Part shown: piece after piece, positions 44,831 to 53,988 of the stretch
Numbering within the stretch: the stretch's first letter is position 1
Layout of the letters: each line of letters starts with the position of its first letter
DNA from: Candidatus Iainarchaeum sp.
GTDB taxonomy: Archaea > Iainarchaeota > Iainarchaeia > Iainarchaeales > JAXPJC01
Direction: 5' to 3'
DNA: 64,000 nt
NCBI GenBank assembly: GCA_016187745.1
Contig: JACPJC010000005.1
Coordinates: 27,220-91,219, forward strand
Position numbers and translations under genes: made by a program
Notes under the pieces: generated by a model
What the model was told of the DNA's origin: nothing
Seen by the model: only the letters and a program-made list of their open reading frames with translations
Databases searched by the model: none

Positions 44831-45442
44831 TTAAAAAACCAGCCCCGGCAGAAATGCAATTACAGCGCTCGGCACGAACAAAATTCCCCAGACCAAGGGA
44901 TTCCATGAAATTACCTTTGTGCCATCCAACGGCCCGAAGGGAAGCAGGTTGAAGGCAGCGAGGAAAAGATTCACGCGCATCCCAATTCCAGCAATCGCTG
45001 CAACAAGCGGCGAAAATGGCAGAACAAGAATTGAAACCAGAAGGAATATGGCCGCAATTATTATGTTTGTAAGCGGCCCCGCGGCTGAAATTATTCCGTT
45101 TTCTTTCCTCCCTAAATTCTCGCCAAATATGTAAACCGCGCCAGGCGCTGCGAAAACAAACCCGCCGTTTGTAAGCAATGAAAGCAGAAGCGCCAGCCCC
45201 AATCCATAGGGCCATGCGAAATACTCGGCATGGCTGCCGTAATGGATTGCGGTGTATTTGTGCGCAAGCTCATGCAATACAAATCCAGTGCCTACTGCTA
45301 TAATCACTGCAACAAATGAAATTGCAATCCAATAAAGCGGCGGTAGGGGAAAGCCGGGCCATGCGAATGCTATTGCTATTACAAGCATTGAAAGCAATAT
45401 GTCGCGGACTTCGCGCGGGTTCATGGTTAAATTAGAATGCAA
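44831..45442 (-). CDS. site-2 protease family zinc metalloprotease (M50)
   Basis: HELAHK (HExxH) in a TM helix, plus NLLPFGPLDG, the second conserved S2P motif. 203 aa, polytopic. Confidence 0.7.
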   Translation of the reverse strand: MHSNLTMNPREVRDILLSMLVIAIAFAWPGFPLPPLYWIAISFVAVIIAVGTGFVLHELAHKYTAIHYGSHAEYFAWPYGLGLALLLSLLTNGGFVFAAPGAVYIFGENLGRKENGIISAAGPLTNIIIAAIFLLVSILVLPFSPLVAAIAGIGMRVNLFLAAFNLLPFGPLDGTKVISWNPLVWGILFVPSAVIAFLPGLVF

Positions 45443-45467
45443 AATGCTTTAAATTCTATTTCTGAAT

Positions 45468-45806
45468 TTATTTGGCTATCATTTCGAGTTTCTTCTCAGA
45501 TATGACTTTAAGCATCACCTTCTCCCCGCTTTTCAGCTCCAGCGCCTCCTCTATTCTTTTAGGAATCCTTACAATCAGATTGCTCCTAATTCTTCCAAGC
45601 TTTACCTCAAGCGCAGCACTCTTCAACTTATTCTGGAGAAGAAGCCTCTCGGCCTGTATTGGCTCAAGATACTCCTCCCCGCACTTGCACTTCCATCCAT
45701 CTATCTCGCTGCCCTGAATTCTCAGCCTTGCCCCGTAAGCTTTCTTGCCGCATCTGGCGCAAATCATCCAATTTTCATTATCCTTCATTTTAGAAAACCC
45801 CGGCAT
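45468..45806 (-). CDS. zinc-ribbon + AbrB/SpoVT (swapped-hairpin) domain protein, antitoxin-like
   Basis: N-terminal CARCGKK...CKCGEE ribbon. C-terminal LIVRIPKRIEEALELKSGEKVMLKV matches the SpoVT_AbrB pattern. Confidence 0.5.
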   Translation of the reverse strand: MPGFSKMKDNENWMICARCGKKAYGARLRIQGSEIDGWKCKCGEEYLEPIQAERLLLQNKLKSAALEVKLGRIRSNLIVRIPKRIEEALELKSGEKVMLKVISEKKLEMIAK

Positions 45807-46068
45807 GAATTATCAGCCAACACCCTGTTCTGTAAAAGTTGTTGTATGCATTAACAACCACAACCTTTAATGTTTTGTTCCCTCTCCAAATGCATTTTTC
45901 AATCACATCCTTCTTTCTTCTGCCGCTTCCGCAATCAAACCCATATTCCAAAATTTCAGCAACATCACACAATGAAATGCCGCATTGCTCCAATTCAGTG
46001 AAAGCGCTTCTTGATGGAATTACCGGCAATCCCATGTAGCGCGGATAAATTACAAAGTCATTATACAT
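45790..46068 (-). CDS. DUF4258-like small protein (putative RelE-fold toxin) overlapping the AbrB-type gene
   Basis: 92 aa. LEQCGISLCDVAEILEYG...LKVVVVNAYN...LIIHAGV resembles the DUF4258 pattern (R-M-x-x-R-G-I-S...beta strands). 17-nt overlap with the downstream AbrB gene. Confidence 0.3.
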   Translation of the reverse strand: MYNDFVIYPRYMGLPVIPSRSAFTELEQCGISLCDVAEILEYGFDCGSGRRKKDVIEKCIWRGNKTLKVVVVNAYNNFYRTGCWLIIHAGVF

Positions 46069-46173
46069 ATGTAATCAGCATATGTTATTAAAATATGTTT
46101 TTACAATCCATTTATATATCGTTAATCAACGAAATATTTAAAATACCTTCCATTCAGTATATGTATGATTTTT

Positions 46174-46341
46174 ATGGATTGCAAAGCACAAATCTCAATA
46201 GAAATGATAATAGTTCTTGCGGCAGTTGTTGCAATTGTATTGCTGCTGGTTTCGCAGCTGCAGCAGACGAGCAAGCAGGGCGCCGATGTGATAAAAAAGA
46301 AAACCGACGACATCTTCAAGGAAATAACGGACATAGCCTAG
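46174..46341 (+). CDS. very small archaeal type IV pilin-like protein with a class III signal peptide (55 aa)
   Basis: Hand-translated: MDCKAQISIEMIIVLAAVVAIVLLLVSQLQQTSKQGADVIKKKTDDIFKEITDIA. K-A followed by Q-x-S-x-E then a hydrophobic helix is the prepilin-peptidase substrate pattern. It lies in a different frame from the spurious 5' part of track ORF 46095-46781. Confidence 0.45.
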   Translation: MDCKAQISIEMIIVLAAVVAIVLLLVSQLQQTSKQGADVIKKKTDDIFKEITDIA

Positions 46342-46346
46342 GGAAA

Positions 46347-46781
46347 ATGCGGAAAATTGAAGTGCACAGCAGGGCGCAGCTTTCTCTGGAATACATGCTC
46401 CTGCTTGCTGCATTTTTCTCAGCGCTGCTGGTTTTCATGCCGGTAATTGCGAGCCTGCACGCAAATGCCGTTTTTGCAAGCGATGTGCAGAATGCGCAGA
46501 ACTTCATGGGCGGGCTGGAAAGCGCTTCGGAAAAAATGCTCATCCTTGGCAGCGGCTCGCAGCTGGAATTAACCGCAAAAGTCCTTACCGCATGGGACTT
46601 GGAAATAAGCGGGCCAAAAGCAGTCCTAAATATCAGGTCAGAAAGCGCTGGCAAAAGCAAAACCATTGAGGCAGAGCTTGCTGCTCCCCTTGAGTTGGGC
46701 CGGAGAACATTCACTTCAGGATTCAGCATGCTGCTGAAAAATGAGGACGGGAAAATCACAATCAGGCAGGCTCAGCCGTAA
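46347..46781 (+). CDS. archaeal type IV pilin-like protein (class III signal peptide, DUF361-like N-terminus)
   Basis: MRKIEVHSRAQLSLEYMLLLAAFFSALLVFMPVIASL: R-A, then Q-L-S-L-E-Y and a hydrophobic helix. Start at the internal Met of the track ORF. Confidence 0.6.
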   Translation: MRKIEVHSRAQLSLEYMLLLAAFFSALLVFMPVIASLHANAVFASDVQNAQNFMGGLESASEKMLILGSGSQLELTAKVLTAWDLEISGPKAVLNIRSESAGKSKTIEAELAAPLELGRRTFTSGFSMLLKNEDGKITIRQAQP

Positions 46782-47143
46782 ATGCTTATGCTTATCTCAA
46801 CCGCATTCAATTCCCCATCAAGCGCAAATCCCGATGCCGAATAAGTCTCCCTGTGCCTTCCTCCGGGCTTCCCGACAGCAATCCTTTCATTTCCAAGCCC
46901 TATCTCCCCTGAAGAATTCGGAAAAACGAATTCAAAATCCGCCTTCATCCCATCCAAATCAAAATCCCTTTCAAAGAGCCATGCCTTAAGCAGGTCATCC
47001 TCTTTCTGCAGGATGTGCAGCTCATCCAAATCTTCCATTTTATTCTGCATGGGGATTGAGAGTATTGCAAACAGGATGAGCAGGCTCAGCATCGCCTCAA
47101 ATGCAAGGTAAATTCCCCTGCGCTTCATTTTCCAACCCCGCAC
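46772..47143 (-). CDS. pilin-like protein (basic leader KRRG then hydrophobic helix IYLAFEAMLSLLILFAIL)
   Basis: 123 aa. Class-III-like N-terminus with Glu at +6. Confidence 0.4.
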   Translation of the reverse strand: MRGWKMKRRGIYLAFEAMLSLLILFAILSIPMQNKMEDLDELHILQKEDDLLKAWLFERDFDLDGMKADFEFVFPNSSGEIGLGNERIAVGKPGGRHRETYSASGFALDGELNAVEISISIYG

Positions 47144-47586
47144 ATCAAAAACAGAATTTTCGCTTTCCCATCCCCGGAATCATTCCTTATATGAACAAGC
47201 CTCTCAACAGCGGAGCAGTTATTTTTATTTCCGCTTTCCGAAATGACCTCTTTTTTTCCATCAACATATTCAAGCGCAATTTTCCCGATAAGGAATTTCT
47301 CATTTTCCGGCTTTTGCGAGCCGCTTTTTTTGAGCAGCCCGTAATCAATCACATTATCCAGAACCCTGCGCCTTTCCATATCATAAACCGCGAAAGAATC
47401 CTTCACTGAAGAATCTGCAAACGAGAATGCGTTCTGGTAGAATGAAAACTCCCCAAGCGCATCTGCGTCCTGCGCCGCAATCAAATTAAAATTAAGGAGC
47501 ATGAAATACAGCATTGCGCACATTATGAAAAACGCCAGCAGCAGGTCAAAGCTGAAAAGCAATCCCAGCTCATTTATAGTGCGCAT
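47125..47586 (-). CDS. pilin-like or pilus-associated protein (N-terminal hydrophobic helix, degenerate signal)
   Basis: 153 aa. MRTINELGLLFSFDLLLAFFIMCAMLYFMLL. Confidence 0.3.
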   Translation of the reverse strand: MRTINELGLLFSFDLLLAFFIMCAMLYFMLLNFNLIAAQDADALGEFSFYQNAFSFADSSVKDSFAVYDMERRRVLDNVIDYGLLKKSGSQKPENEKFLIGKIALEYVDGKKEVISESGNKNNCSAVERLVHIRNDSGDGKAKILFLMCGVGK

Positions 47587-47914
47587 TTGTTTTCACCCAT
47601 ATTTTGGTCCCGCCCAGTGATTCCACGTTTGTTGCATCCCCATAAAGCAGGAAAGCGTCTGCCTCCTGCCCCGCATATTTGCTTGCAATTTTATTTCCCT
47701 TTATGAAGCAGCTTATTTCAATATTTGTGAGATTTCCTCCCTCCGCGGAATAAAGCCCGTTTACAAGGGCGGCGCATTTCTCCGCATTTATTTTTGCTGT
47801 TGCGTAATCCCTGCTGCTGCCTGCTCCGCTGCCCGCATTCTGCAGTGCGCCAGCAAAAACCCCGATGATTGCGAGGAAGGCGGCAAATGCGATCAGTGCC
47901 TCATAGCTCTGCAT
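47570..47914 (-). CDS. pilin-like protein (N-terminal QSYEALIAFAAFLAIIGVFAG; no basic leader)
   Basis: 114 aa. An in-frame stop lies 9 codons upstream and no alternative start is available, so the protein begins directly with M-Q-S-Y-E. Confidence 0.3.
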   Translation of the reverse strand: MQSYEALIAFAAFLAIIGVFAGALQNAGSGAGSSRDYATAKINAEKCAALVNGLYSAEGGNLTNIEISCFIKGNKIASKYAGQEADAFLLYGDATNVESLGGTKIWVKTNAHYK

Positions 47915-47916
47915 TT

Positions 47917-48483
47917 TTATGCCTCCGCGGTTATTGCATAATCAAATGGAATTGCAAAAACCTGCAAATAATTTCCATATGCAATTTCCGCAAAAACAGC
48001 CCTGTCCTTGAATATTCCCCCGGTGTATGAAAATTCCGCGCTATAACCCTCCAAATCCTTGACAACAATCACCTTGCTGTTTGCGCAAATGTCAGATTCC
48101 TGCAAGGGCGCTTTTACTTTCAAAGGCAGCTCCTGATACTCGGAAGAGCTTGCAAAGGCCGAATAGAATTTTATTGAAGGGTGCGCCGCATATGCCGATT
48201 CCACATCCGTAAAATAGCCGAACAGCGCCGAGCAGATTTTTCCCCTTATTGTCTCGGGGTCGTAATTCCCGCCCTTCAGCTCATTTTCCATGACCCTTTC
48301 AATCAGGAAATCTGAATTCTGCTCAATCTCATTGCGCACATAAGAAGCCTTTTCCATCTGCATCAGCAGCGCCTGCGTTTTCCCAATCTCCATTGCAATT
48401 TCGTTCTGCGCCCCGAGCATTGCAAACTCCATGGCAATGAACAGCAGGACAAGCACGAAGCTCAATATGCCCCTTGAGCGCAT
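47917..48483 (-). CDS. pilin-like protein (MRSRG then ILSFVLVLLFIAMEFAML)
   Basis: Start taken at the internal MRSRG, which gives a class-III-like leader. The track ORF extends to 48528. Confidence 0.4.
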   Translation of the reverse strand: MRSRGILSFVLVLLFIAMEFAMLGAQNEIAMEIGKTQALLMQMEKASYVRNEIEQNSDFLIERVMENELKGGNYDPETIRGKICSALFGYFTDVESAYAAHPSIKFYSAFASSSEYQELPLKVKAPLQESDICANSKVIVVKDLEGYSAEFSYTGGIFKDRAVFAEIAYGNYLQVFAIPFDYAITAEA

Positions 48484-48508
48484 GCAATAATTATGGAGAA
48501 ATAGCTTT

Positions 48509-49126
48509 TTATTTATTTCGCTTATCAACGAAATATGATGCTTTGGGCATTTTGCGCATTTTCATGATGCAAAACGCAATCAAGAGCCCAAGCGCAATAA
48601 TTACCGCAATATACAAAACAACATCAGCAAAGCCCGCAGCGGAAACTGCCTGCGCAGCTGCCTTTTCCGCAATGCCCTTCACAACTTCATTTTTGCCTGC
48701 TTCCAGCGCAGGCGCCGAAGCGCCCGTAAGCCCCTGGCTCATCTCAGGCGCGCCTGAGGCAATAGGTTTTGCGGCTCCCACAAATAAAACCCAGAATTTC
48801 GAAATGAACTCATAAAGCAGCCCAACCATTGCAAGCGATGCAAGCGCCAGAACTATAAGTATGCTGGCTTCAGCCTTCCCCACAAGCGCCTTGCTCTTAT
48901 TGCTCAGCGTATAGTATTTCCACTTGTGCCTGCTTTCAATCTGCTCAACAAGCCCGGCCTTCCCAAGCGTGCCAAGATGCTGCTTTATTGTTGGCGAGGA
49001 CATTCCAAGCTTTGCAGCCAGCTCGCTGAGATTGTGGTTCCTGACTGCAAGCAGCTTTATTATGTCAACGCGCGTTTTGGAAGAGAGCGCCTTGAACTCG
49101 TTTGCGCCCAATGCAACTTCAGCCAT
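48509..49126 (-). CDS. membrane-anchored ArsR/SmtB-family winged-helix regulator at the head of the pilin cluster
   Basis: N-terminal ArsR-type HTH (TRVDIIKLLAVRNHNLSELAAKLGMSSPTIKQHLGTLGKAGLV). Two TM helices (ILIVLALASLAMVGLLY and VVLYIAVIIALGLLIAFCI) flank an Ala/Gly-rich linker. Confidence 0.55.
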   Translation of the reverse strand: MAEVALGANEFKALSSKTRVDIIKLLAVRNHNLSELAAKLGMSSPTIKQHLGTLGKAGLVEQIESRHKWKYYTLSNKSKALVGKAEASILIVLALASLAMVGLLYEFISKFWVLFVGAAKPIASGAPEMSQGLTGASAPALEAGKNEVVKGIAEKAAAQAVSAAGFADVVLYIAVIIALGLLIAFCIMKMRKMPKASYFVDKRNK

Positions 49127-49192
49127 GATTCTATTAATTGTTAAAAGGAATTTATAACCCTTCTTATTTTACTTAGGCAAATGCCTAACTAA

Positions 49193-49696
49193 CTATTGTC
49201 TTTTATTTGATATAATGCGCCTAATCGCAGCAATTTGTGCATGTTGCTTGCCAAGAATTGTTTTAAACAATTTTACAGATTCTTCATTGCTAGTCGCATT
49301 CCTAACAAGGTTATCAATGTTGTCAAATTTATCTAGTACTTGCTGCTGCACTTCCTGCCTTTCAGGACCAGATATTTTATCAGGGTGTTGCAAATCCTGT
49401 GATAAATTAACTATATTTTGAAATTCATTGTGAATGAGGCCTCTATAATAGCGGTCCTGTGGTATCTTCTGATTAAGCCCTATTGCACTCAATGCTTCGC
49501 TCACAGCAATTCTAGTATTGAGGCCGAATCTTTTTCTAGCTGAATAGTCAATCCAGTTTCCCCCCTCTTTGGAAATTTTTTCTGCTCTACTTGCAATTTT
49601 TTGTTCATGTTTACTAAATGTTTTTTTTAAGGCTCTATCAGTCGGCCCTAGAAGGCCTCTTCTAATAATTCTTTGAATTCCCTTCGCCCCAGTCAT
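49193..49696 (-). CDS. hypothetical basic protein in a low-GC islet
   Basis: 167-aa ORF in an AT-rich stretch (about 49150-49760). No family recognised. Confidence 0.35.
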   Translation of the reverse strand: MTGAKGIQRIIRRGLLGPTDRALKKTFSKHEQKIASRAEKISKEGGNWIDYSARKRFGLNTRIAVSEALSAIGLNQKIPQDRYYRGLIHNEFQNIVNLSQDLQHPDKISGPERQEVQQQVLDKFDNIDNLVRNATSNEESVKLFKTILGKQHAQIAAIRRIISNKRQ

Positions 49697-49759
49697 TGTT
49701 TCACATTGATTTATTGTACAACCTTATTAATAACAATTTCTCATAACAAAAAGAAATAT

Positions 49760-50596
49760 CTATAATTTCTCCCAGTATTTTTTCATCAGCAGCGCGTCCT
49801 CTTCCAGATTTGGGGATTCGCAAATAATGCAGCCTGATGCATTTTCCCCGCGAAGCGCTTCCAAAAGCCATTTGTAGTTGAAGCTGTTCCCAATTTCCTG
49901 CATATTCATATGGTTCCTTTCCCCCTTTGCGCTGAAATTTATTCCAGAAACATGCATCTGCAGGTTTTCCAAAAACTTTCTGTTTGATTTTTTGATTTCA
50001 TTTATCGCTTCTGCAAAATCCCTTTTTGTTTTAAACCTTCCATTCTCCCGCGCGTGCAGGTGCGAAAAATCAACCATCGGCATTATTTCAGGAATGCGCC
50101 TGCACAATTCAAGCGTTTCCGAAAGCGAACCAAATTGCGAGCCCTTTCCTGTTGTTTCAGGCGCAAGCCTTATGTTCATTTTTTCCTTTTCCATTCCCCC
50201 AAGGATGTCATTGACTGCGCTTTCAACAGCCCGCATGCACTCCTCCCTGCCGCTCCCCCCGTAATATGCGGGATGGAACGTTACAATCTTAGCCCCGCAG
50301 ATTTCCCCAATCCTTGCGGAATCAAAAATCCTTTTCTTGCTCGCCTCAATTTTCTTTTGTTCAGCAGAAGTCAGATTTATGAAATAGGGTGCATGCACGC
50401 GGAGCATTACATTATTGTCCCTTGCCGCATTCCCAACAGAATGCGCAGTTCCCTCGCTCATGTGCACCCCCCGCACAAATTCAAGCTCCATCGCATCAAG
50501 CCTGAGCGCTGAAACCCTTTCAATCCCGCTTATTGAATCGGGTCCGCCCGAGGAGTGAGGAACCCCCGCAGTGCCAAAAAGCATTTTTGCTTTCAT
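49760..50596 (-). CDS. nfo: endonuclease IV (AP endonuclease family 2, xylose-isomerase-like TIM barrel)
   Basis: 278 aa. Metal-ligand contexts HAPYFINL, ETTGKGSQFG and DFSHLHA match the Nfo family. Confidence 0.75.
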   Translation of the reverse strand: MKAKMLFGTAGVPHSSGGPDSISGIERVSALRLDAMELEFVRGVHMSEGTAHSVGNAARDNNVMLRVHAPYFINLTSAEQKKIEASKKRIFDSARIGEICGAKIVTFHPAYYGGSGREECMRAVESAVNDILGGMEKEKMNIRLAPETTGKGSQFGSLSETLELCRRIPEIMPMVDFSHLHARENGRFKTKRDFAEAINEIKKSNRKFLENLQMHVSGINFSAKGERNHMNMQEIGNSFNYKWLLEALRGENASGCIICESPNLEEDALLMKKYWEKL

Positions 50597-50600
50597 GCTT

Positions 50601-51812
50601 CTACCATCTGCCAGTCAGCTTTGCCCCGACATATGGCGCCCCGCCAGGCGTCCTCATAGGTCCCAGGTCCACATTTATGTTTCTCTCCCTGAGCAATTTC
50701 GGGTCAATCCTGCCTGTGAGTGCGGCTTTCCCAAGCCCGCGCAATGTTGACCAGTTTAATGCAAGGTCCATAACCGCGGCTGCGCCAATCATCCCCCTGC
50801 TAACGCCTGTTTCCCTGGAAATGCCGTTCAGGTCATTGATGGATTCTTTGCTTCCCCCAAACAAATAAGCGCTTGCAACATATGTCGGGAAGTCAAGCCT
50901 TCCAAAAAGGCCCGCAGTTGCCCAGAATGATGCATGCGCAGGGTCCCCCATAGCCAGATTCTCGGCCATATGGGCGAAATTTCTTGAATTTTCCAGCCCG
51001 CTGACATATACATCAAGCAGGACCCTGCTTGCCGCCTTCGGGTCCTTATCCGCCAATTCCCTGAATTTCTCCGAGTCATACCATGTTATCTTGCCGCTGA
51101 CAGGAAGAAGGCTGGCGCGGAATCTGACATTAAATTCCACGTTTTCAAAAAGATTTCCATAGCTATGTATTGTTTCCAAATGCCCCAAATACTCGTGTGC
51201 AAAACTCGCAAGCAGGTTGGTGCTGACCGCAGTTGCAACACCCCCAACAAGCGTTAATTTTTGTTCGCCGCCAATAACTCTTGCAGCCAAAGCCTCAGGC
51301 CCGCCTTTTCCTTTTTTTGCGAAGCCCTCGGCTTCCATAACTGATTTCACGCAGCCCGGAGCAAACTTCTGAGCAACAGGCAGCTGGGAATCATTTATTT
51401 CAACCAATCTCATTTCTGCGGTGTTTTTAATCATTTCCTGCGGATTTTCAAGCCCAAACAGGCCTTTTGCATTTATTTCGCGCACAATTGGTGTTGGCTT
51501 TCTGGCTCCGCGCAACATTGCGCTAACATCTTCCTGGACAGCAGCCAGCCTCGGGGCAATTAATGAAGGCAGGATAAACCCAAGCGCCCCGAGCGCAATG
51601 CGCCTTTTGAGGGAGGAATTCCCAAAAAACCTTCCCCGCCGCAGATTCTCAACAGGCGTTTTATTTGGAAAGGGGATTCTGATTTTCCCGGGAGGGGCGG
51701 CGCGCCGGTTCCCAAATACCGGGAAACGCCGGTTTCCTCTTTTGGATAAACGCCTGTTCTGCGCACTAAGGTTGATATTGCTCCTGTTTCCAACAATTAT
51801 TGATCTGCCCAT
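50601..51812 (-). CDS. putative secreted or membrane zinc metalloprotease (HExxH); start uncertain
   Basis: HEYLGH motif (ASFAHEYLGHLE). A signal-peptide-like KRRIALGALGFILPSLIAPRLAAVQ is preceded by an Arg-rich, low-complexity 65 aa, so the true start is probably internal. Confidence 0.4.
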   Translation of the reverse strand: MGRSIIVGNRSNINLSAQNRRLSKRGNRRFPVFGNRRAAPPGKIRIPFPNKTPVENLRRGRFFGNSSLKRRIALGALGFILPSLIAPRLAAVQEDVSAMLRGARKPTPIVREINAKGLFGLENPQEMIKNTAEMRLVEINDSQLPVAQKFAPGCVKSVMEAEGFAKKGKGGPEALAARVIGGEQKLTLVGGVATAVSTNLLASFAHEYLGHLETIHSYGNLFENVEFNVRFRASLLPVSGKITWYDSEKFRELADKDPKAASRVLLDVYVSGLENSRNFAHMAENLAMGDPAHASFWATAGLFGRLDFPTYVASAYLFGGSKESINDLNGISRETGVSRGMIGAAAVMDLALNWSTLRGLGKAALTGRIDPKLLRERNINVDLGPMRTPGGAPYVGAKLTGRW

Positions 51813-51905
51813 CTGCTCTCAAATCAATTATATCTTAAGAGGTATTAATGCCTTTCGGCATATTCTTTAAATATCCTTTCAGCCATTTTATTCTCAGGAA
51901 TTGGA

Positions 51906-53039
51906 ATGCCTCGCAACATATTTGAGAATGCAGCGCTTGAGGGCGCAATATTCAAGAATGAAAGTTATCTGTATCCGGAATTCGTTCCCGAGCGCCTCCC
52001 GCACCGCGAGGCGCAGATTGATGCGCTTGTTTACTGCTTCTCCCCGATAGCAAAAGGCGCAAAGCCGCACAATGTCTTTGTCCATGGGAAAACCGGAACA
52101 GGGAAAACCGTAACAGTGAAATATGTGATGAATGAGCTGCAGGAGCACACTGACCGCGCGAAAGCGCTTTACATAAACTGCTTTGAGTTTTCCTCGCGCT
52201 CTTCTGTCCTTTCGGAAGTCGCAAACTTCATTGGCGCTGTTGTTCCAAGGCGCGGGCTCTCAACTGATGAGATATACTCAAAACTTCTTGAAAGCGCCAG
52301 GCGCCTGCAATTTACCCCCATAATCATCCTTGATGAGGCGGACCAGCTCTCAGTTCAGGGAAAGGAGGATGCCTCAAAGCTGCTTTACGATTTGCTGCGC
52401 ATAATAGAATATGAAAAAATCCGCTTCGGGATTGCGCTCATTTCAAATTCCGGGGAATTCCTTGCAAAGCTTGATGCAAGAGTAAGGAGCTCCCTTGCCG
52501 AGGAGCGCATTGAATTCGAGCCCTATTCCCCCATTCAATTGAAGGAAATCCTGAGGGAGCGCGCGGAATTTGCATTCCTTCCAAATGCGCTTGAGAATGA
52601 GGTTATAAATGTCGCTGCGGCGCACGCTGCAAAATTGGGGGGAGACTGCAGGATTGCGATTGAAAGTTTATGGAAAGCGGGAAGGATTGCGGAAAAGGAG
52701 GGCGCAGGGAAACTCACATTAAAGCACCTGCGCAGCGCCTTTGAGCTTATTGAAAGCTCCCCGGGAAGAAAGCCCGCGAATTTCCTTTCCGGAACAGAAA
52801 AGGCAATGCTCAAAATAATCCTGCAGGAAAAGCAGCTCAATTCAGGTGAACTGTTCAGGAAATACAATGAAAGCGCAGGGGAAAAGCTCAGCGAGAGGCG
52901 CCTGCGCGAAGTTGCAACCGGGCTTGAAAAAAAGCAGATAATTTCCTCAGAGGGAATAAACCTTCCGGAAAGGGGCAGGACCCGGAGGATTTCGCTGAAG
53001 ATTTCCCGGCGCGAGCTCGCGGAAAAATTAGGCAAATGA
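51906..53039 (+). CDS. cdc6: Orc1/Cdc6 replication initiator
   Basis: AAA+ Walker A VHGKTGTGKTVTV. Walker B IIILDEADQL. C-terminal winged helix. PEFVPERLPHREAQIDAL is typical of Orc1/Cdc6. Confidence 0.85.
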   Translation: MPRNIFENAALEGAIFKNESYLYPEFVPERLPHREAQIDALVYCFSPIAKGAKPHNVFVHGKTGTGKTVTVKYVMNELQEHTDRAKALYINCFEFSSRSSVLSEVANFIGAVVPRRGLSTDEIYSKLLESARRLQFTPIIILDEADQLSVQGKEDASKLLYDLLRIIEYEKIRFGIALISNSGEFLAKLDARVRSSLAEERIEFEPYSPIQLKEILRERAEFAFLPNALENEVINVAAAHAAKLGGDCRIAIESLWKAGRIAEKEGAGKLTLKHLRSAFELIESSPGRKPANFLSGTEKAMLKIILQEKQLNSGELFRKYNESAGEKLSERRLREVATGLEKKQIISSEGINLPERGRTRRISLKISRRELAEKLGK

Positions 53040-53073
53040 ATTTAAATAAGTTTCCCCTATTATTCCTTCAATT

Positions 53074-53973
53074 ATGTCTGCATTAGGCATACTGAAGAAA
53101 ATTGTCCTTGCAGTCCTTGCATTCCTCCTAGTTTCAAATCTGGTTGCGCTTGTGCTTCTGCTGAATTTCAAGGCAGTGGCATTTGAGCCAACATTCTATG
53201 AGGATGAGCTGGAAAAGCTACAGGTTTATGGCTCCGCGAAAAATCTTATTGCAGAGCTGCTGGTTCAGCAGCTTCCCGCGCAATTAACATTAATAATCCC
53301 CGCAGACCGGCTTGAAGCGGAAATAAAAAATGCAATCCCCGATTCCTGGATGAAGGTGCAGTTCAAAAGCCTGACGCAAAACACCCTTGCCTATTTAAAA
53401 GGCGAAAAAGAAGCCCTTGAGCTTGAAATTTCCCTTTCCGAAGTGAAATCCTCGCTGCAGGCATTTGCGCAGGATTACATTGCGAAGAACATCCCCCCTG
53501 AGCTCGCAGGCGCAATAAATTTAAATCAGCTCTTAAGTTCGCTCCCGGACACATTTGATTTAACATCAATGCTCCCGAATCTGCAGCAAGTGGAGCAGGC
53601 AAGGCGGATAATACAATTGTTTTTCCTTGCGATAAATGCGCTTATTGTGAGCGCGGTAATCCTTTTTGTGCTTATAATTCTCCTTACATTCAGGAGTTTG
53701 AAATCCCTGCTCCGCTGGGTTTCTGAGCCATTGATTGCATCAGGCGCGGTATGCATTTCCCTTGCCTACACGATGCCGGCTGTTGTAAAGCAGATGCTTT
53801 CCCAGCAATTGGGCGCGGCGGGCGGCCTTGCCTATGGCGCCAATACAATTTCCGCATTTATAGCGGATTTCGCAAACGCAATCTTCTCGGGCGCAATGGC
53901 TTATGGGATAGCGCTTCTGGTTATAGGGCTGGTTCTGTTTATTGCGTCATTTTTCATAAAGAAAAAGATATAA
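53074..53973 (+). CDS. hypothetical membrane protein (N-terminal TM, central coiled region, C-terminal TM bundle)
   Basis: 299 aa. Confidence 0.45.
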   Translation: MSALGILKKIVLAVLAFLLVSNLVALVLLLNFKAVAFEPTFYEDELEKLQVYGSAKNLIAELLVQQLPAQLTLIIPADRLEAEIKNAIPDSWMKVQFKSLTQNTLAYLKGEKEALELEISLSEVKSSLQAFAQDYIAKNIPPELAGAINLNQLLSSLPDTFDLTSMLPNLQQVEQARRIIQLFFLAINALIVSAVILFVLIILLTFRSLKSLLRWVSEPLIASGAVCISLAYTMPAVVKQMLSQQLGAAGGLAYGANTISAFIADFANAIFSGAMAYGIALLVIGLVLFIASFFIKKKI

Positions 53974-53988
53974 AATATTTAACTTTTT

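Noticed and set aside
46095-46346. 5' portion of track ORF 46095-46781
   Set aside because: No signal-peptide or coherent protein features upstream of the internal Met at 46347. A separate frame encodes a clean 55-aa class-III-signal pilin at 46174-46341, so the long ORF is a read-through artefact.
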